A DNA stretch of 64,000 nucleotides from Octopus sinensis (lineage: Eukaryota): positions 20,646,001 through 20,710,000 of the forward strand of contig NC_042997.1 of the NCBI RefSeq assembly GCF_006345805.1. The letters run 5' to 3'. A program made the translations under genes and the position numbers. Positions within the stretch are counted from its first letter, which is position 1. The number at the start of each line of letters is the position of its first letter. A model generated the notes under the pieces. It made no database searches. It saw only the letters and a list, made by a program, of their open reading frames with translations, and was not told where the DNA came from. This document shows positions 11,324-25,646 of the stretch, piece after piece.

Positions 11324-14276
11324 CTATTACAAGCATTGCTAAAGACAGGGAACTTAGAGAGGACAGTAACTTCTATCTTCTATCATTATCATGATAGAAA
11401 ACAAGTACTTTTGATTGAGTAAATTGGGGTACTAAACTGTCTTAAAGTGTCACATGTAAGTGCTAGTCTTCGATATATAATAATATATTGTAGAGTATCG
11501 TCATAATATTGAGTTAATGGTTGCTACATATCGTGTACTGATGTAAATTTGTTCAAAGAATATTGTTCCCTTAATGTTTCGGATAATTCTGTAAAAGTAT
11601 ATTTGATAATAACGTTCCCTGCAGGTATGTATATGACTATTAAATAAACTATACATATTTTGATATCTTATATCACATAGAGAAATATTCTGTATCACAA
11701 GGAAATGATGTGTCATATACAAGTTTCACATCCAATATAAACTAACGAAATCTTTGTATCTCACATAAAAACATTGTTTTCCATTTTAAATTCCGTTTCT
11801 TAATGGTTTAATGCACATGACCTCAGCCTGCTCTCTAAGACCACCGAGACCAGCATGGTAATGATCTTGAACATTTGAAGGCTGACAATTGTAAGAAAAT
11901 TATTAACAGAGAGGAAATTCTAAAGAAGAGACTTGGTTGTTCTGAGTAGTATGGATTATGCATGATAATTGATAGAAGCCTAAAGATGAAGTGAGGTGAG
12001 AGCAGAAGAGAAGAGTAAATTGCATGAGTCTTGATGAAGGTAACACTAGGACTGACTGCTTCCATGCACAGTATTACTTATTCATTATTCATTTATTCAT
12101 TAACAAATATGCTGAAAATATGATTAAATCAAGACATATTTTGAATACTGGAAGTTTATAATTTTTGTTGTGTGATCCACAGTCAACCCTGCTCAAGCAC
12201 ACTAGCAAAAACCATCCAACCTTTTTTTAGGTATATCCAGAACAACATTATCCAATGTTCCTTATAGTCTTTTTTTTTTGCAATCGCATAATGAGGATTT
12301 GTGGGAGATCAACTCGAGCTCTGTTTCATAAGGTATTTTTTTCTGAATTTTACCTCTTCTTCATTTTTTTTCATACACTCACTACATATATGCTAAGCAA
12401 AAAAGGAGTCTACTGTATAACATAGTTTATTACTGATTCACAACGTTTTGTTCATTTAACATTTTTAAGTTCATTATTAGAAAAAGCTATGAATCATAAG
12501 AAAGAATTTTTCAATCTTCCTTAACAAAAGCACTACGAATTATGACAAAGAATTCTCAATCTAAAATTAATTTCTTTACTGTAATCTCCCACTCACTCCA
12601 AAAATCGTGAGATTTACACCCAAGTTACAGTTGTAGCAAGCTTTTATTGACGTCATTACGATTTATTGGTAGTGTGGAATACTGAGAAGTTTTTGATTGA
12701 AATTAATTTGAGCAGGAACACTCATTAAGTTTTCTACTGCATGTTTCTTGTACTATGAGAGGAGCTTTACAGACTTGCTCATAACATTAAAGGTTTAAAG
12801 GATAACATTTTAGCACTCATGGCCAACAAGGCACTTATCTAATTCAGTGGTTCCCAAACTATATTGGGCTGCTGCACCCTTGATACTTGATCCACGTTCC
12901 TCGTGCCCCACTCTCCACTCAGTGCCACAAACGTAGACCACTTTCTGCAGCAAATTCAAATCAGCAGTATTTCACAAATAAAACTTAACCTAATTAACCC
13001 ATTTTTTAGGTGGGTGTGTGGGTTGTTACATCCATTGCTCCCTTTTGGCCACCCTATTATTGCCCCACTTTTCTTTAACACCTCTCTTGATCTTTCTTAT
13101 TTCTTTATTGCCCACAAGGGGCTAAACATAGAGGGGACAAACAGGAACAGACAAACGGATTAAGTAGATTACATCGACCCCAGTGCGTAGCTGGTACTTA
13201 TTTAATCGATCCCCGAAAGGATGAAAGGCAAAGTTGAACTAAGAACGTAGCGGCAGACGAAATTTCGCTAAGTATTTCACCCAGTGTGCTAACGTTACTG
13301 CCAGCTCACCACCTTAATCTTTCTGCCATCCACAGGGAGTGGAGGGGGGCAGTACCACCCACTTAGGGAACCACTGGTCTAATTAACAATGTTGCAGCCT
13401 CTTACAGAGATGAGTTATACATAGGATGGTCACACTTTTTTCTTTGTGACCTGAGACATTTGAGAGTTAAGCCATGTTTGACATTAATACAACCAATAAA
13501 AATATTTTGTGCACTATGTAGAGTGAGATCTGAAACAATGATTTATATATTCATTGTTCATACGTTTCAGTAGATTTAAACACAAGTATTTGCTACTCCC
13601 CAAAGAAAAGAAAGATATTTCAAGAAATTAAGAATTAATCTTCCAAAATTAATTTTCTAAATGGGGAAAAGTAAGACTGATCTCACAGATATGAGACAAC
13701 TCTGAACATATTTCAGTCAACTAGACTTCCAGTCTACTAGGCTTCGTCAGTATAGTATAATCTGCATGATTAGTTGAACATACTCAAGAGTGAGAACAAT
13801 GGAAACCAAAGTACAGAAATAATTATAAAACACTGTCAAGCAATGCATTTTATTGTAAAAAAAACATTAACAAATATGCTGAAAATTTTAATAAATTTTT
13901 TTTGACAAATGATTAATGAATGTCATTATTAATAACATTTCTTGGATGATAATTCATTTCTATAAACTATTCTAGAAAACACACATCACAAAAAAACAAA
14001 AAAAAAAACAGGGAAAAATGATCAAACTATTTTGTCAACATTAAATTAGATAATTATTTTTGTAACAACTTTTTCAAATAATGAAATTAAAGTTTTTATG
14101 TGGTAATTATCAAGTTTGAGAAAAAAAAAAGAAGTTGGACATGGTGCTATATAATATCTCAAATTTTGTGTCAACTCTTGAGAATCTGAATTTAACTAAT
14201 GGTGATAAAATACACACAGACAGGCATAATCATGCTCACAGTTACACATAAGGTGTTTATGTATGCAGGTATGTAG

Positions 14277-14331
<55 letters not shown>

Positions 14332-14687
14332 ATGTATTGATAGTTAATTTGGTAGAGAGAAAACATGTACAGGTATATACTATTTTAATTAGCTAATTAT
14401 TTCCACATTGTATTAAACCAGAAATTTATAGGAAAGGTGTAAAATTAACTCTCAAGGTATTACTTGTAGTATTTTTAATCATTCAGAATAATAACATGAA
14501 AATATCTTTAACAATATTTGACCTTATTAAATGTATGTAAATTGTGCAAGCTATTTGGTCAAACCCTTGACTGAATCTGCCTTCCACAAACAATATATCT
14601 ATATATAAGACTGTCAGTGAGTATGTACATGTGTGTGTGTGTGTGTGTGCGTGTGTGTGTGTGTGATCATTTAAACTTTATATATAC

Positions 14688-14756
14688 TTTCAATAGTAGC
14701 ATGAGCTGGATGGTTCTTCACAATCTGAGCCATTGCTTATTATGAGCCACTGCTCC
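14688..14756 (-). CDS. Host gene exon (phase 1 to 1): (G)AVAHNKQWAQIVKNHPAHATIE
   Basis: Acceptor tacaatctttAG, donor aa|GTATAT; in frame with exon 15010-15106. Confidence 0.65.
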
Positions 14757-15009
14757 TAAAGATTGTAAAGATGCCTATAATGTGTCTTTTTGTTTGGCCT
14801 CTACAACAGAATACCTTTCTTATTGCCAACCACTTTACTGAGTGTAGTGGGTGCATTTTTTTTATCCCCTGAAACCAACGCTAGAAGAGTTGAATAAACC
14901 TTGGCAAGACAGGATTAAAAGGAGCTTTAAATTTTAAATGTTATCAACTTATCTGTCATGTGCTAGATGTTTTTCATGGTACCCACCCTTGGGAAGCAAT
15001 TCCACTTAC

Positions 15010-15106
15010 CATTCACTAGTAGAGAGTGTACAGCAAGCTCCATCATTGCATTGGCATGAGTGATGGGGTGCATTCCAGTGAGTAAATCTGGACAATATTC
15101 AGTAAT
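15010..15106 (-). CDS. Host gene exon (phase 0 to 1): ITEYCPDLLTGMHPITHANAMMELAVHSLLVN
   Basis: Acceptor ttctatgcactatAG, consensus donor atg|GTAAGT; 97 nt open frame. Confidence 0.75.
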
Positions 15107-16138
15107 CTATAGTGCATAGAATGAAGTTGGAATATGAGAAGAAACAATGACATCAGAAGGGCCAGAGACTGGAAGTTACTTGGTGGGAATAAGAGTGTAA
15201 TCGTTGAAGGTACTGGAGGTAGGAATTGTACATTTACTCTGGTGACTTAGAAGTTGGACAGAAAAGAGTGAGAGAGTGTGTGGAGAGAGTGGAGAGGGAT
15301 GGAGAGAGTGGAGAGGGAGGGAAAGAGTGGAGTATACCACCAGGAAACTATCAAGCATTCTTTCGGTTCTTCTTATGCACATCGTTGTGTATGGGGTACA
15401 TATGAACATTAGTGTGTGTGTGAGTGTGTGTATGTGTGTGTGTATACATATATGGATAGGGTTGGTTTTTTTCAATTTGCGTCTGTAATCTATAAAAATA
15501 AAGGAGTTAGTGAATGCAGAAAGACAGTGTGGACAGTTTAGAGAATTGGGGTAAGCTAAAGATTACGGTTAATCTATAGATTACCAACACATGTGATGCT
15601 TAAAAGTTTACTTACAGAATAGTCCCACATTCCAAAAGCTATTATTTAGCATAAGGATTAGACAGAATTTGTTGTCAGGAGTCTCTCAGAGTACTCAGCT
15701 AGAATTTGAGTGGTGTCAAGTTCAGATCCCTGTGGAGGCTTACTGCCCACTTTTTCCCATCTTCTAAAGGGAATTTATCCAATTCTCTAATCTGTCCTTG
15801 CAGCCTTCTCAAATTCCTTTCTTTTCTTTTTATATAACTTTTGATTGAATGCCTTGCTTTACAATGCACACACGTGTATGTGTGTATGTGTGTGTGTGTG
15901 TGTGTGTTGTGTGTGTGTGTGTGTGTATTATTTGATTTTATACTACACTAAAAATAATTTTACACTAAACTAAATAAAGGATTACTCAATACTTTTGGTA
16001 GAGTACAGATTTATTATTCCTTAACAAGAACATTATCGACAATAACTGTGAAGCTTTAGCTGGTTAAGTCATCAGCAGACTGTCTGATGATGGCTTAGCC
16101 AGCTGAAGTAACTGTCAATACTAATATATTATTCTTGC

Positions 16139-16180
<42 letters not shown>

Positions 16181-16185
<5 letters not shown>

Positions 16186-16418
16186 AGGGTGATAAATTGA
16201 ATATTAGTTTAATTAACATCAATTTAAAACCAGTAGCCTAGCATATAGAAAAGTCTGAAAATTCAGAATAATTGTAATACATGCAGACAGATGTCTTACC
16301 CACTTAAATTCTAGTGTTTGCTGAATTCTTCTAGAGAACATTCTTTTCTGTGTGGTTAGATCGTAGATGAGCTTCTTCTAGCATATTGGATGTCCACTTT
16401 GTGGTCATCCCTTATTAT
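16181..16418. mobile_element. ~240-bp (TA)n-flanked element with short imperfect TIRs (taataagggtga / tcatcccttatta)
   Basis: Both ends abut TA tracts; the same terminus tataagggtga occurs at 48150-48160 and 48661-48671. Confidence 0.45.
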
Positions 16419-16485
16419 ACGTATATATATATATATATATACATATACTATCTATATAGATAGATATGCATATACTATATATATG

Positions 16486-16541
<56 letters not shown>

Positions 16542-19500
16542 CATACATGCATGCATACATACATGCATACATACATACATACATACATACATACATACAT
16601 ACATGTATTCACAAAAATAAAACGTGATACCCAATGATACACCTGAACGTGCATAGACGTATGAATGCAGCCATATAATATATAATATAACTAATACAAG
16701 TCATAGAGTGGAGAAAAGCAACATAAAACCTGGATATTTTGATTACTCACAACTTAACCATTTCCTACAGAATTCTGTGCCAATTTTTATATTCCTTAGT
16801 TATTTACAAAAAAGTAAGAATACGAACTATGTCAGATTATTTGTATGTCTGCAAGGTTTTATCTGATTGAAGAATATTATTATTATTTTCTTTTTCTTTA
16901 ATTATTTATTTTCTTTTGTTTTTGTTAAATCTTCTTAAAAGCTAAAAGAATTGTCTCTGTCTGCATGTTGGTAGGGTAGTAGACTATATAACAGGATTTG
17001 AGAATTCTTTGCATTACTTTGAATCCTTAAAAATATTCAACAAAATAAGAATCATTCAGAGTAAAAAAGAAAAATAGCAATAAGTAATCTTCAGGAAAAA
17101 AACAGTGAACAAAAAGTTTGAAAAAGGGCTCAAGTACAGAAATACAAAAAGGTCAAAGTAGTTAAAAAAGAAATTTCTATTTACAATACTGAGGATATAT
17201 ATGGCTTTGCATACAGCTACATTAATACTTTGCGGCATATATGACCCAATAAATAGGTTTTTGTATCGATGTTTCCCTGAAACAAAATGAAATTGCAATA
17301 ATCCCATTTTTATGTTTTACAAAGACATTTGTTTATTTAATTTGTTTTGCTTTTAATACTTGTTCACATGGTATATGACTCATTTATACAGACCAAACTG
17401 GAATCATAGATCCTATATTACAAGTATACACTAATGCAATCACTTAAGGAATTTGATGAATTATAGGATCCAAACTAGGGCATCAAATTGAATTCCAGTC
17501 TCAGTGAGAAAGTTTTTTTTTCTGCCTTTATCTCCTGATGGAAATAGGATTACATTGGTGTTTCACTGATTAACAAACTCCATAATCATTCAACTGCTGG
17601 GATTGAGGAAGAAATAAAATATAGAAGCCACAAAACTGACTTAATTGTCTTAAATTCAAATTCTCATTTACACCATGTTGCATCTCCAGATAAAATATAT
17701 CATTTCACATGTTTCTCGAATGTAAGTTTAAATGTAATTCAGAGATCTCTGTGAGCCAGTAGGGATTTATAAATCCAATGATTATCACTGATTTAATGCT
17801 ATTATGTGAATGAGAGATAAATTTCAGAATCATTTGCAAAAGATATGTTACATATCCCTAAAAGATTGTAAACACACATATTAACTATACTGTCCAAATG
17901 TACAACACTTTACTACAATAGATTTGATCTCACAATCCATGAGTGATTAGAATTATATATCATTTGATCATTTCATTTCTATTCTTAAAATTAGACAAGA
18001 AGCATTACTTAAATGAAATTAATATCTCACCATATTCAAAATTACAACTTAGTAACAAAGGATTATTTTATGCTTATATAAAATAACGTGAGTACAGAGC
18101 AACAAATTAGTGGCTCTAAACGAAATCAAATCTAGTTTTTGAGTGGTACTTTATTACTTCAGGAAGGATACTCATACCATAAATGTCTTTCTCCAAATTG
18201 TACAAGGTATGATACTCTAACATTTCTGACAATCCTCATCAAATTTATATTTATAACTGAAAGGTCATGAAGGAATCCATTAAAGGACAAAGCCAGATAA
18301 ATAAAGCATTTTAGTTTATGCAACCGATTTCAAATCTTATGTAAATTATGATTCATTGTTCTCAAAGGATGTTAATCATTTGAATGAAATCAAATTTTTC
18401 TATTCCTGTATCCACCATTTCAATATTGTAAATATACAGTGAGAAATAATTCCACACTTTTAGTATGTTTTACATTATAATATTGTATTAATCTCTCGTA
18501 TGAATAAATATCACCAGTGTTGTTGAAAAAAGATCAGTTCTTAAGACTGTATTTTTATTTGGTGGCTGCTTCAAATTCAACCAGCTTCTATTTGTCCCCA
18601 TTTCATAGCTATACAGTATTGACCATTCAGTCATCTTGTTGTCAGGTGGATGCATCTGATGTGGTTATGTTTGCTGTTTTAAAACAAAGCTGGTCAGCCA
18701 GTAACTTTCAGGTCAAAGATGTTTACTGGTAATGAGATTCTTTATTGACCTGATGAAAAGGAAGAAACTACAATAACTGAAACAATGAAAAAACCAGGTT
18801 TATTTACTGCTGATTTAACACTATACAATTATTACTGACCAGCAACCTGTTGTATTTATGCTAGACAAGCACAGGAGAACAAAATAGAAAAAATTACAAA
18901 ATATGAGGATAACAGTAGGCAGTTGCATGTTTCAATTATTTCATTGATTATTGATCAGGTGTTAAGAACGATGGACTGGATACTCAAACATTCTGTAGTG
19001 GTATTTTTTTGTTAATGACTTTCCACGAAGGACTGTGCCATCTGGATTCTGTGAGAATGCTTCAGTTTGTTCAAGCAAAGAACATACCGTTTTCTGCCGA
19101 GAACATGATTATCTGTTCAACTCAAAGATGAAACCAGCTAAATGTTCTGCTTATCAGCAACATCAATCTCAGCTAAAGTATTTGTCACTATGTTCCTTGG
19201 CACAAATGATATGGTATTGATGATTAGCTGGTGTATTATATGAATGACTTTATAGTGTGTGTGTATGTATGTATGTATGTATGTATGTGTGCGTACGTGT
19301 GTGCCTTTAGTTGTTATTGAATGTTTTGCTTTATCAAAGAAGAACACAATGTTCAGTTTTCTTTTGTGGAGGAGAATGTTATATTATTTCCTACTTATTG
19401 TTGTTTCTTAAGCTATCAGTATGTGCAGCATTTTCTTTTATCTTCTGAGTTGAATAAAGCCTTAGAAATCAAAAGGTGTTTCGATTTGTAACACATACTC

Positions 19501-20623
19501 ATCAGAAAATTGGACAAACATGGTTTCAAACAATAAAACCTTTCCAAGTGAAGAAAGTACCACTCAACAAAAACTAGGGATCCTTCAGCTTAGATAAAGA
19601 GCTAGAGAGCTTTTAAGAAAATATTGAGAAGCAAAATATGCAAGTTGAAAGACTTCTTCAACCAGCTCTAGGTTGCTGTATATGAAGAGAGAAAAGAGAT
19701 GATGATAAATTATAACACAGAAGACAACTGGATGTTTCGTATTTCTTTATTGCCCACAAGGGGCTAAACATAGAGGGGACAAACAAGGACAGACAAATTG
19801 ATTAAGTCGATTACATCGACCCCAGTGCGTAACTGGTACTTAATTTATCAACCCCGAAAGGATGAGAGGCAAAGTCGACTTCGGCGGAATTTGAACTCAA
19901 AATATAATGGCAGACGAAATACTGCTAAGCATTTCGCCCAGTGTGCTAACGTTTCTGCCAGCTTGCCTCCTTTTTCTGAAAACAACAGACTACATCACCT
20001 GATCTGTAACCAGCATAAAATTCTACACAAACAGAATGTGACACTGTGGAGGAAATCAATGTTAGATAAAGCTATAAAGGGCTAGAGTCAGGCCTAGAAC
20101 AATTTGAAGAAAAGAGGGAGCAAAAAGCATCACCAAGAAAAGAATCAGGTAAATTAGGAAAAGGAGAAATCAAAAGTAAGAAATGTCATTTAAAATAACT
20201 TCTTAAATTTAATATCATACATCTTTTTCTCTTTCCTTTGCTTTTCTGAATTTTTTCTATGATAAAAAGTACCACCCAAGGCGTCATATCCTCTTCTGTT
20301 TCTTTATCTGTCTTATTTATCTTCATTGTACACTGCTTTGATTGCTGGATAGACTTTTGCTTTATATTTCTACACTTTTCAGGCATGTGCATTTGCTTGC
20401 TGGATTACACTTGGTATTTGCATGTCTTCTCTTTACTTCTTAATCTTGCTCCAAACACATTACAGTTGGCACTACTTCATGCAACTGTATATATATATAT
20501 ATATATCTGTGTGATTGCCGTCGTCAACCTAATCATCATCATCATCATTGTTCAACATCTATTTTCCATTCTGGTATAAATTTAACTTGTGCATGTATGT
20601 GTGTGTGTGTGTGTGTGTATAAA

Positions 20624-20664
<41 letters not shown>

Positions 20665-21455
20665 TGCATATGCATAGGTATATATGTATGTATATGTATA
20701 TATATACACACACAGAGAAAAGGGAAGGATTTTGACCTTTTGAGCATAGCTCTTCACCAGAAAGGTAAATGGAAAAATCCAGAGATGGAAATATATTATC
20801 AACAGCACGTGTAGTTAGTATATATGTATACATGCACACATACATGCATGTATATATATTTCTTTACTACCCACAAGGGGCTAAACATAGAGGGGACAAA
20901 CAAGGACAGACAAAGAGATTAAGTCGATTACATCGACCCAATGCGAAACTGGTACTTTATTTATCGACCCCAAGAGGATGAAAAGCAAAGTCGACCTCAG
21001 CTGAATTTGAACTCAGAACGTAACGGCAGACGAAATACTGCAAAGCATTTCGCCCGGCATGCTAATGTTTCTGCCAGCTCGCTGCCTGTATATATTATAC
21101 ACACAAACAGACATACATGCACACACACAGAGACATACATGCACACATGCACCCACACTCACAGACATACATGCACACATGCGTGCACACACACACACAC
21201 ACACGTTTTTTTCCTTTATTCTTTTACATGTTTCAGTCATTTGACTGTGGCCATGCTGGAGCACTGCCTTGAAGGATTTTTAGTTGATTAAATTGACCCA
21301 AGAACTATTTTCGAAGCCTAGTACTTATTCTATTGGTCTTTTTTGCTGCACTGCTAAGTTGCAGGGAATGTAAACACACCAACACCATTTGTCAATCAGT
21401 GACGGGGAGGACAAACACAAACACAAAGATATACACATAGATATATACATACATG

Positions 21456-21501
<46 letters not shown>

Positions 21502-21529
21502 ATATGTATGTATGTATGTGTGTGTGTGT

Positions 21530-21566
<37 letters not shown>

Positions 21567-21617
21567 CAATGGGTTTCATCCACTCACAAAGCTTTGGTAA
21601 CTTGGTCACTTGTTGTT

Positions 21618-22075
21618 ACCTCTGTGAGGCCCAACATTCAAAGATCGTGCTTCACCACCTTGTCCCATGTCTCATTGGGTCTACCTCTTCCACAGGCTCC
21701 CTCCGCAGTTAAAGATCAGCACTTCTTTACACAGCTGTCCTCCTCTATATGTGTCACATGGCCATATCAACACTGTTGTCTCTCTTGCATGCCACACTTG
21801 ATGCCTCTTATACCCAACTTTTCTCTCTAGATGCTTACTCTCTGTCATACATGCACACTAACATTGCACATCTTGTGAAATATAGCAGCTTCATTTCTTT
21901 CAAGCCTATGCATGCCCTTGGTAGTTACAGCCCATATTTCACTGTTGTGTAGCATGGCTGCTCACACACAGGCATCACACAATCTGCTTTTCACTCTGAC
22001 GAAGAAGACCTTAGTCACCAACAGAAGTAGGATCTCACTGAACTTTGCCTAGCCTATTCTTATTTGGCAGCTATA
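21618..22075 (-). mobile_element. RTE LINE RT C-terminal fragment
   Basis: Homologous to 31390-31560 (gtgcttcaccacct.gtccca...cctcttccacagg). Confidence 0.8.
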
Positions 22076-22084
22076 AATATGCGT

Positions 22085-22478
22085 ATATGTTAGCTGGTGT
22101 CATGTAAAAAGCACCATTCAAGCGTGATCATTACCTGCATCACCTTACTGGCTTTTGTGGTGGTATGTGAAAAAACATTCGAGTGAGGTCATTACCAGTG
22201 CCGCTGGACTGGCTCGTGTGCAGGTGGCACATAAAAAGCACCATTTGAGCATGGTCCTTGCCAGTGCTGCTGGACTGGCCCTCATGCCGGTGGCACATAA
22301 AAGCGACCACCACACTTTAGGAGTGGTTGGCGTTAGGAAGGGCATCCAGCTGTAGAAACTCTGCCAGATCAGATTGGAGTCTGGTGCAGCCATCTGGTTC
22401 GCCAGACCTCAGTCAAATCGTCCAACCCATGCTAGCATGGAAAGCAGATGTTAAACGATAATGATGATGATGATGTTA
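22085..22478 (+). mobile_element. RTE LINE 3' UTR with (GAT)n tail; further copies at ~27110-27400(-), 27590-27750(+), 29835-30150(-), 34200-34600(-), 39910-40120(-), 42610-42860(+), 46803-47030(-)
   Basis: Shared tggttggcgttaggaagggcatccagc...caacccatgctagcatggaaagc..acgttaaacgatgatgat, also present in the 30737-31712 element. Confidence 0.85.
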
Positions 22479-23491
22479 GTGTATGTGTGTGTATGTGTGT
22501 ATTATATTTGTGTGTGTATGTGTGTGTGTGTGTGTGTGTGTGAATGCATCTATGTCTTTTTGTCTGTGTATGTCCCTCTCTACTGCCTGACAACTAGTGT
22601 TGGTGTGCATACATCTGGCAACCTAGTGGTTTAGCAAAAGAGCCTGATAGAAAAAATACCAGGTTTATAAATATTGGAGCTGATAAGTATTATATGTATA
22701 TTAGTACTGGAGCTGATCCATTTGACAAAAATTGTACAAGATGGTGCCCAGCATGGATGCAGTATATATTTCTTTACTACCCACAAGGGGCTAAACACAG
22801 AGGGGACAAACAAGGACAGACAAACGGATTAAGTTGATTTCATCGACTCCAGTGCGTAACTGGTACATAATTTATCGACCCTGAAAGGATGAAAGGCAAA
22901 GTCAACCTCGGTGGAATTTGAACTCAGAACGTAATGGCAGACGAAATACAGCTACGCATTTTGCCCAGCGTGCTAATGATTCCGCCAGCTCGCCACCCTT
23001 GGATGCAGTATAATGACCGAAACACAACTGGCACTTCATCGAACTATGACCACGAGGATTCCAGTGATCTGATCAATGGAAAAAACTGCTTATGAAATTT
23101 ATATGCAAGTGGCTGAGCACTCCACAAACACATATATCCTTAACATACTTCTCAGTGAGATTCGGCATGACACAGAATGTGACAAAGCTGGATCTTTTGA
23201 AATACATATACAACTCATTTTGTCAGGTAAGCGAACTGGAGCAATGTGAAATAAAGTGTCTTGCTCAAGGACACAGTGCATCACCTGAAGTTGAACTCAT
23301 GATCTTACGATCATGAACCAAGTACCCTAACCACTAAGCCACATGTCTTCACTGAAACAAGTAAAAGAATAAAAGAATACATGCTATATATGTATATATA
23401 CACACATATATACGTACAAATATACATACATATATATACATATTTATATTGATGCATAAACACTTACTTGTGTGCATAGGCTCATATATTT

Positions 23492-23496
<5 letters not shown>

Positions 23497-23589
<93 letters not shown>

Positions 23590-23605
23590 ATATGTATATG
23601 TGTAT

Positions 23606-23636
<31 letters not shown>

Positions 23637-23640
23637 CAGT
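23497..23640. repeat. Representative compound (TA)n/(TG)n microsatellite; dozens of (TA)n, (CA)n, (TACA)n, (GATA)n, (AAT)n and (GAT)n tracts occur throughout
   Basis: Directly visible; these tracts generate the YI/HT/CV/MYVC-rich ORFs in the track. Confidence 0.98.
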
Positions 23641-25419
23641 GTACTAATCAGTACAAGTGTACTTCATGTAAGTACGTCAGTATAACTACATTTTGGAACA
23701 AATCAGTAATTTCATCTAGTGATAAATGAAATTAGATTCCATTTGCTCAGATTATACATTCAAAGATAATCTATTAACACATTTAATTGGTGTAACAAAA
23801 TTTTTAAACACTTCTCTGAATTAATCAATATGAAGTTCATGGCATATGCATTTGATTCGGATGTATAAGTGTGTGTTGTTGTGCATATACATGCATGCTT
23901 CTATATATATTAACATATAACTTATTTAAATTTATTTCTAGATTTCTTGTAGAAAGAGCTGGTTTCTAACCTAGATCTAAAGCTCTTTCATTGAAATTTC
24001 AACAGCATCAACAGTATAGTTGCACATATATGTGTCTATATGTGCAAGTATGTCTTTATGTATGTATATTTCTATATATTGTTGCGTGTCTCAATACATA
24101 CTTATAAGCTAAACTTTTGGGGAAAAAAACGATAAACGTCACCCTTATCAAGCCTAGCTAGGCTCATGGGCCCGGTTTCCCAGTTTCTGTGGCGTATGTG
24201 CCCCCCCAGCTAGACGGGACACCAGTCCATTGCAGCATTACTCAAGAAGCAGGAAGAGAGAGTGAGAGAAAGTTGTGGTGAAAGAGTACAACAGGAGTCA
24301 CCACCCCTGTCGGAGCCTCGTGGAACTTTTAGGTGTTTTCGCTCAATAAACACACACAACACCCAGTGTGGGGATTGAAACCATGATCCTCTGAATAGTG
24401 GTCCGCTGCCCTAACCACTGGACCATTGTGCCTCCTCTAAACTTTTGGAAACTTTTACATAATTTGATAATTCCACAGATGATTTGTATCTGTAGTTTTC
24501 TAATTAGCTTTCTCCTTTCGGGTTTTCAGAACCCTAATTTCTCAAGATGTATGCATGTTTTTCTTTGAGATTATAAGCTCTCCTTAAGAGGGTTCAAGAC
24601 AGTCACTAACAAAGTGACAAAACATTTTGAGTAAATATGTGGTTGAGTTGGTGCAATGGTTGAGCTGCCAATGCAAAAAACCAAGTGTGTGCATCTGTTC
24701 CTTGCAAATATTCACTGTGCCACTAACTGATTGATTTTTGAGAATTCACATAAATTTCTTTTGAATTTTCTTTGAAAAACCCAGAAATACTAATATTTCT
24801 AGGCTTTTGTGTAAATCTGTTGATACATACCTTAATAAACTATAATTATAGGTACAGAAGAAACTTTATAATCAGGAGACAAGAGCAGTAAGTTGTGCAT
24901 TAGTTCACCATTAATGTTAAGTTTTTCCTGGATTTTGATAGTAGATTCACATCTGCTGAGCAGCTGTCCTCTACAAAAGTGTAGGACTTTTGTTTTCCCC
25001 ATCCCACAGTAAGATATCAAGTCCATTGCATTTGCACTGGATTACTGTTCTTATGTATGTATGTACGCATGTACGTATGTATGTATGTATGTATGTATGT
25101 ATGTATGTATGTATGTATGTATGTATGAGTGTGTATGTGTGTATGTATGCATGCATGCATGTATGGATACATGTATGCATGTATGAATGCATGTATGCAT
25201 GGATGTATGAATACATGCATACATGCATGTATGCATGTATGTATATCCCAAGTATGAAAGGAAACAGTATCCAATTTGGAAGTTCTGGAAACATGGGCTG
25301 CATGGATTCATTCCTTAATTACCATTACTCCAAGTCTGTTTGGACCCCAAATGGTAATACCTGTTAGACGTCTTGAGAAAGACAGCTCTTCTAAGAGAAA
25401 GATACTCTGACATAAGGCT

Positions 25420-25646
25420 GCGAGCTGGCAGAAACGTTAGCATGCCGGACAAAATGCTTAGCAGTATTTCATCTGCCACTATGTTCTGAGTTCAAATTCT
25501 GCTGAGGTTGACTTTGCCTTTCATCCTTTCGGGGTTGATAAATTATGGACCAGCTATGCACTGGGGCCGATGTAATTGACTTAATCCCTTTGTCTGTCCT
25601 TGTTTGTCCCTTCTATGTTTAGCCCCTTGTGGGCAATAAAGAAATG
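25420..25646 (+). mobile_element. tRNA-derived SINE family C (~230 bp); copies at ~13099-13310(-), 19739-19967(-), 20858-21083(-), 22768-22994(-), 44005-44234(+), partials at 25700-25880, 50660-50800, 63790-63975
   Basis: gagctggcagaaacgttagc...gagttcaaattc.gccgaggtcgactttgcctttcatcctttcggggtcgataaattaagtaccag; the central part resembles the Meta-type SINE domain (recollection). Confidence 0.88.

Noticed and set aside
11835-12065. ORF-track entries in non-repetitive intronic DNA (also 7860-8120, 18517-18732, 19035-19220, 55540-55746)
   Set aside because: No paired splice signals or recognisable motifs; lengths are compatible with chance in AT-rich sequence.
16300-16377. Exon candidate (K)RMFSRRIQQTLEFKW with donor GTAAGA
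   Set aside because: Phase-compatible with exon 15106, but it lies inside a TA-flanked TIR element and has three competing weak acceptors; not supportable without RNA data.
18748-18785. ctgatga...gaaac as a hammerhead
   Set aside because: The intervening sequence cannot form stem II and the flanks do not form stem I or III.
24832-25026. Minus-strand ORF with nearby GTATGT donor
   Set aside because: A stop precedes the strong donor and no consistent phase link to neighbouring exons was found.
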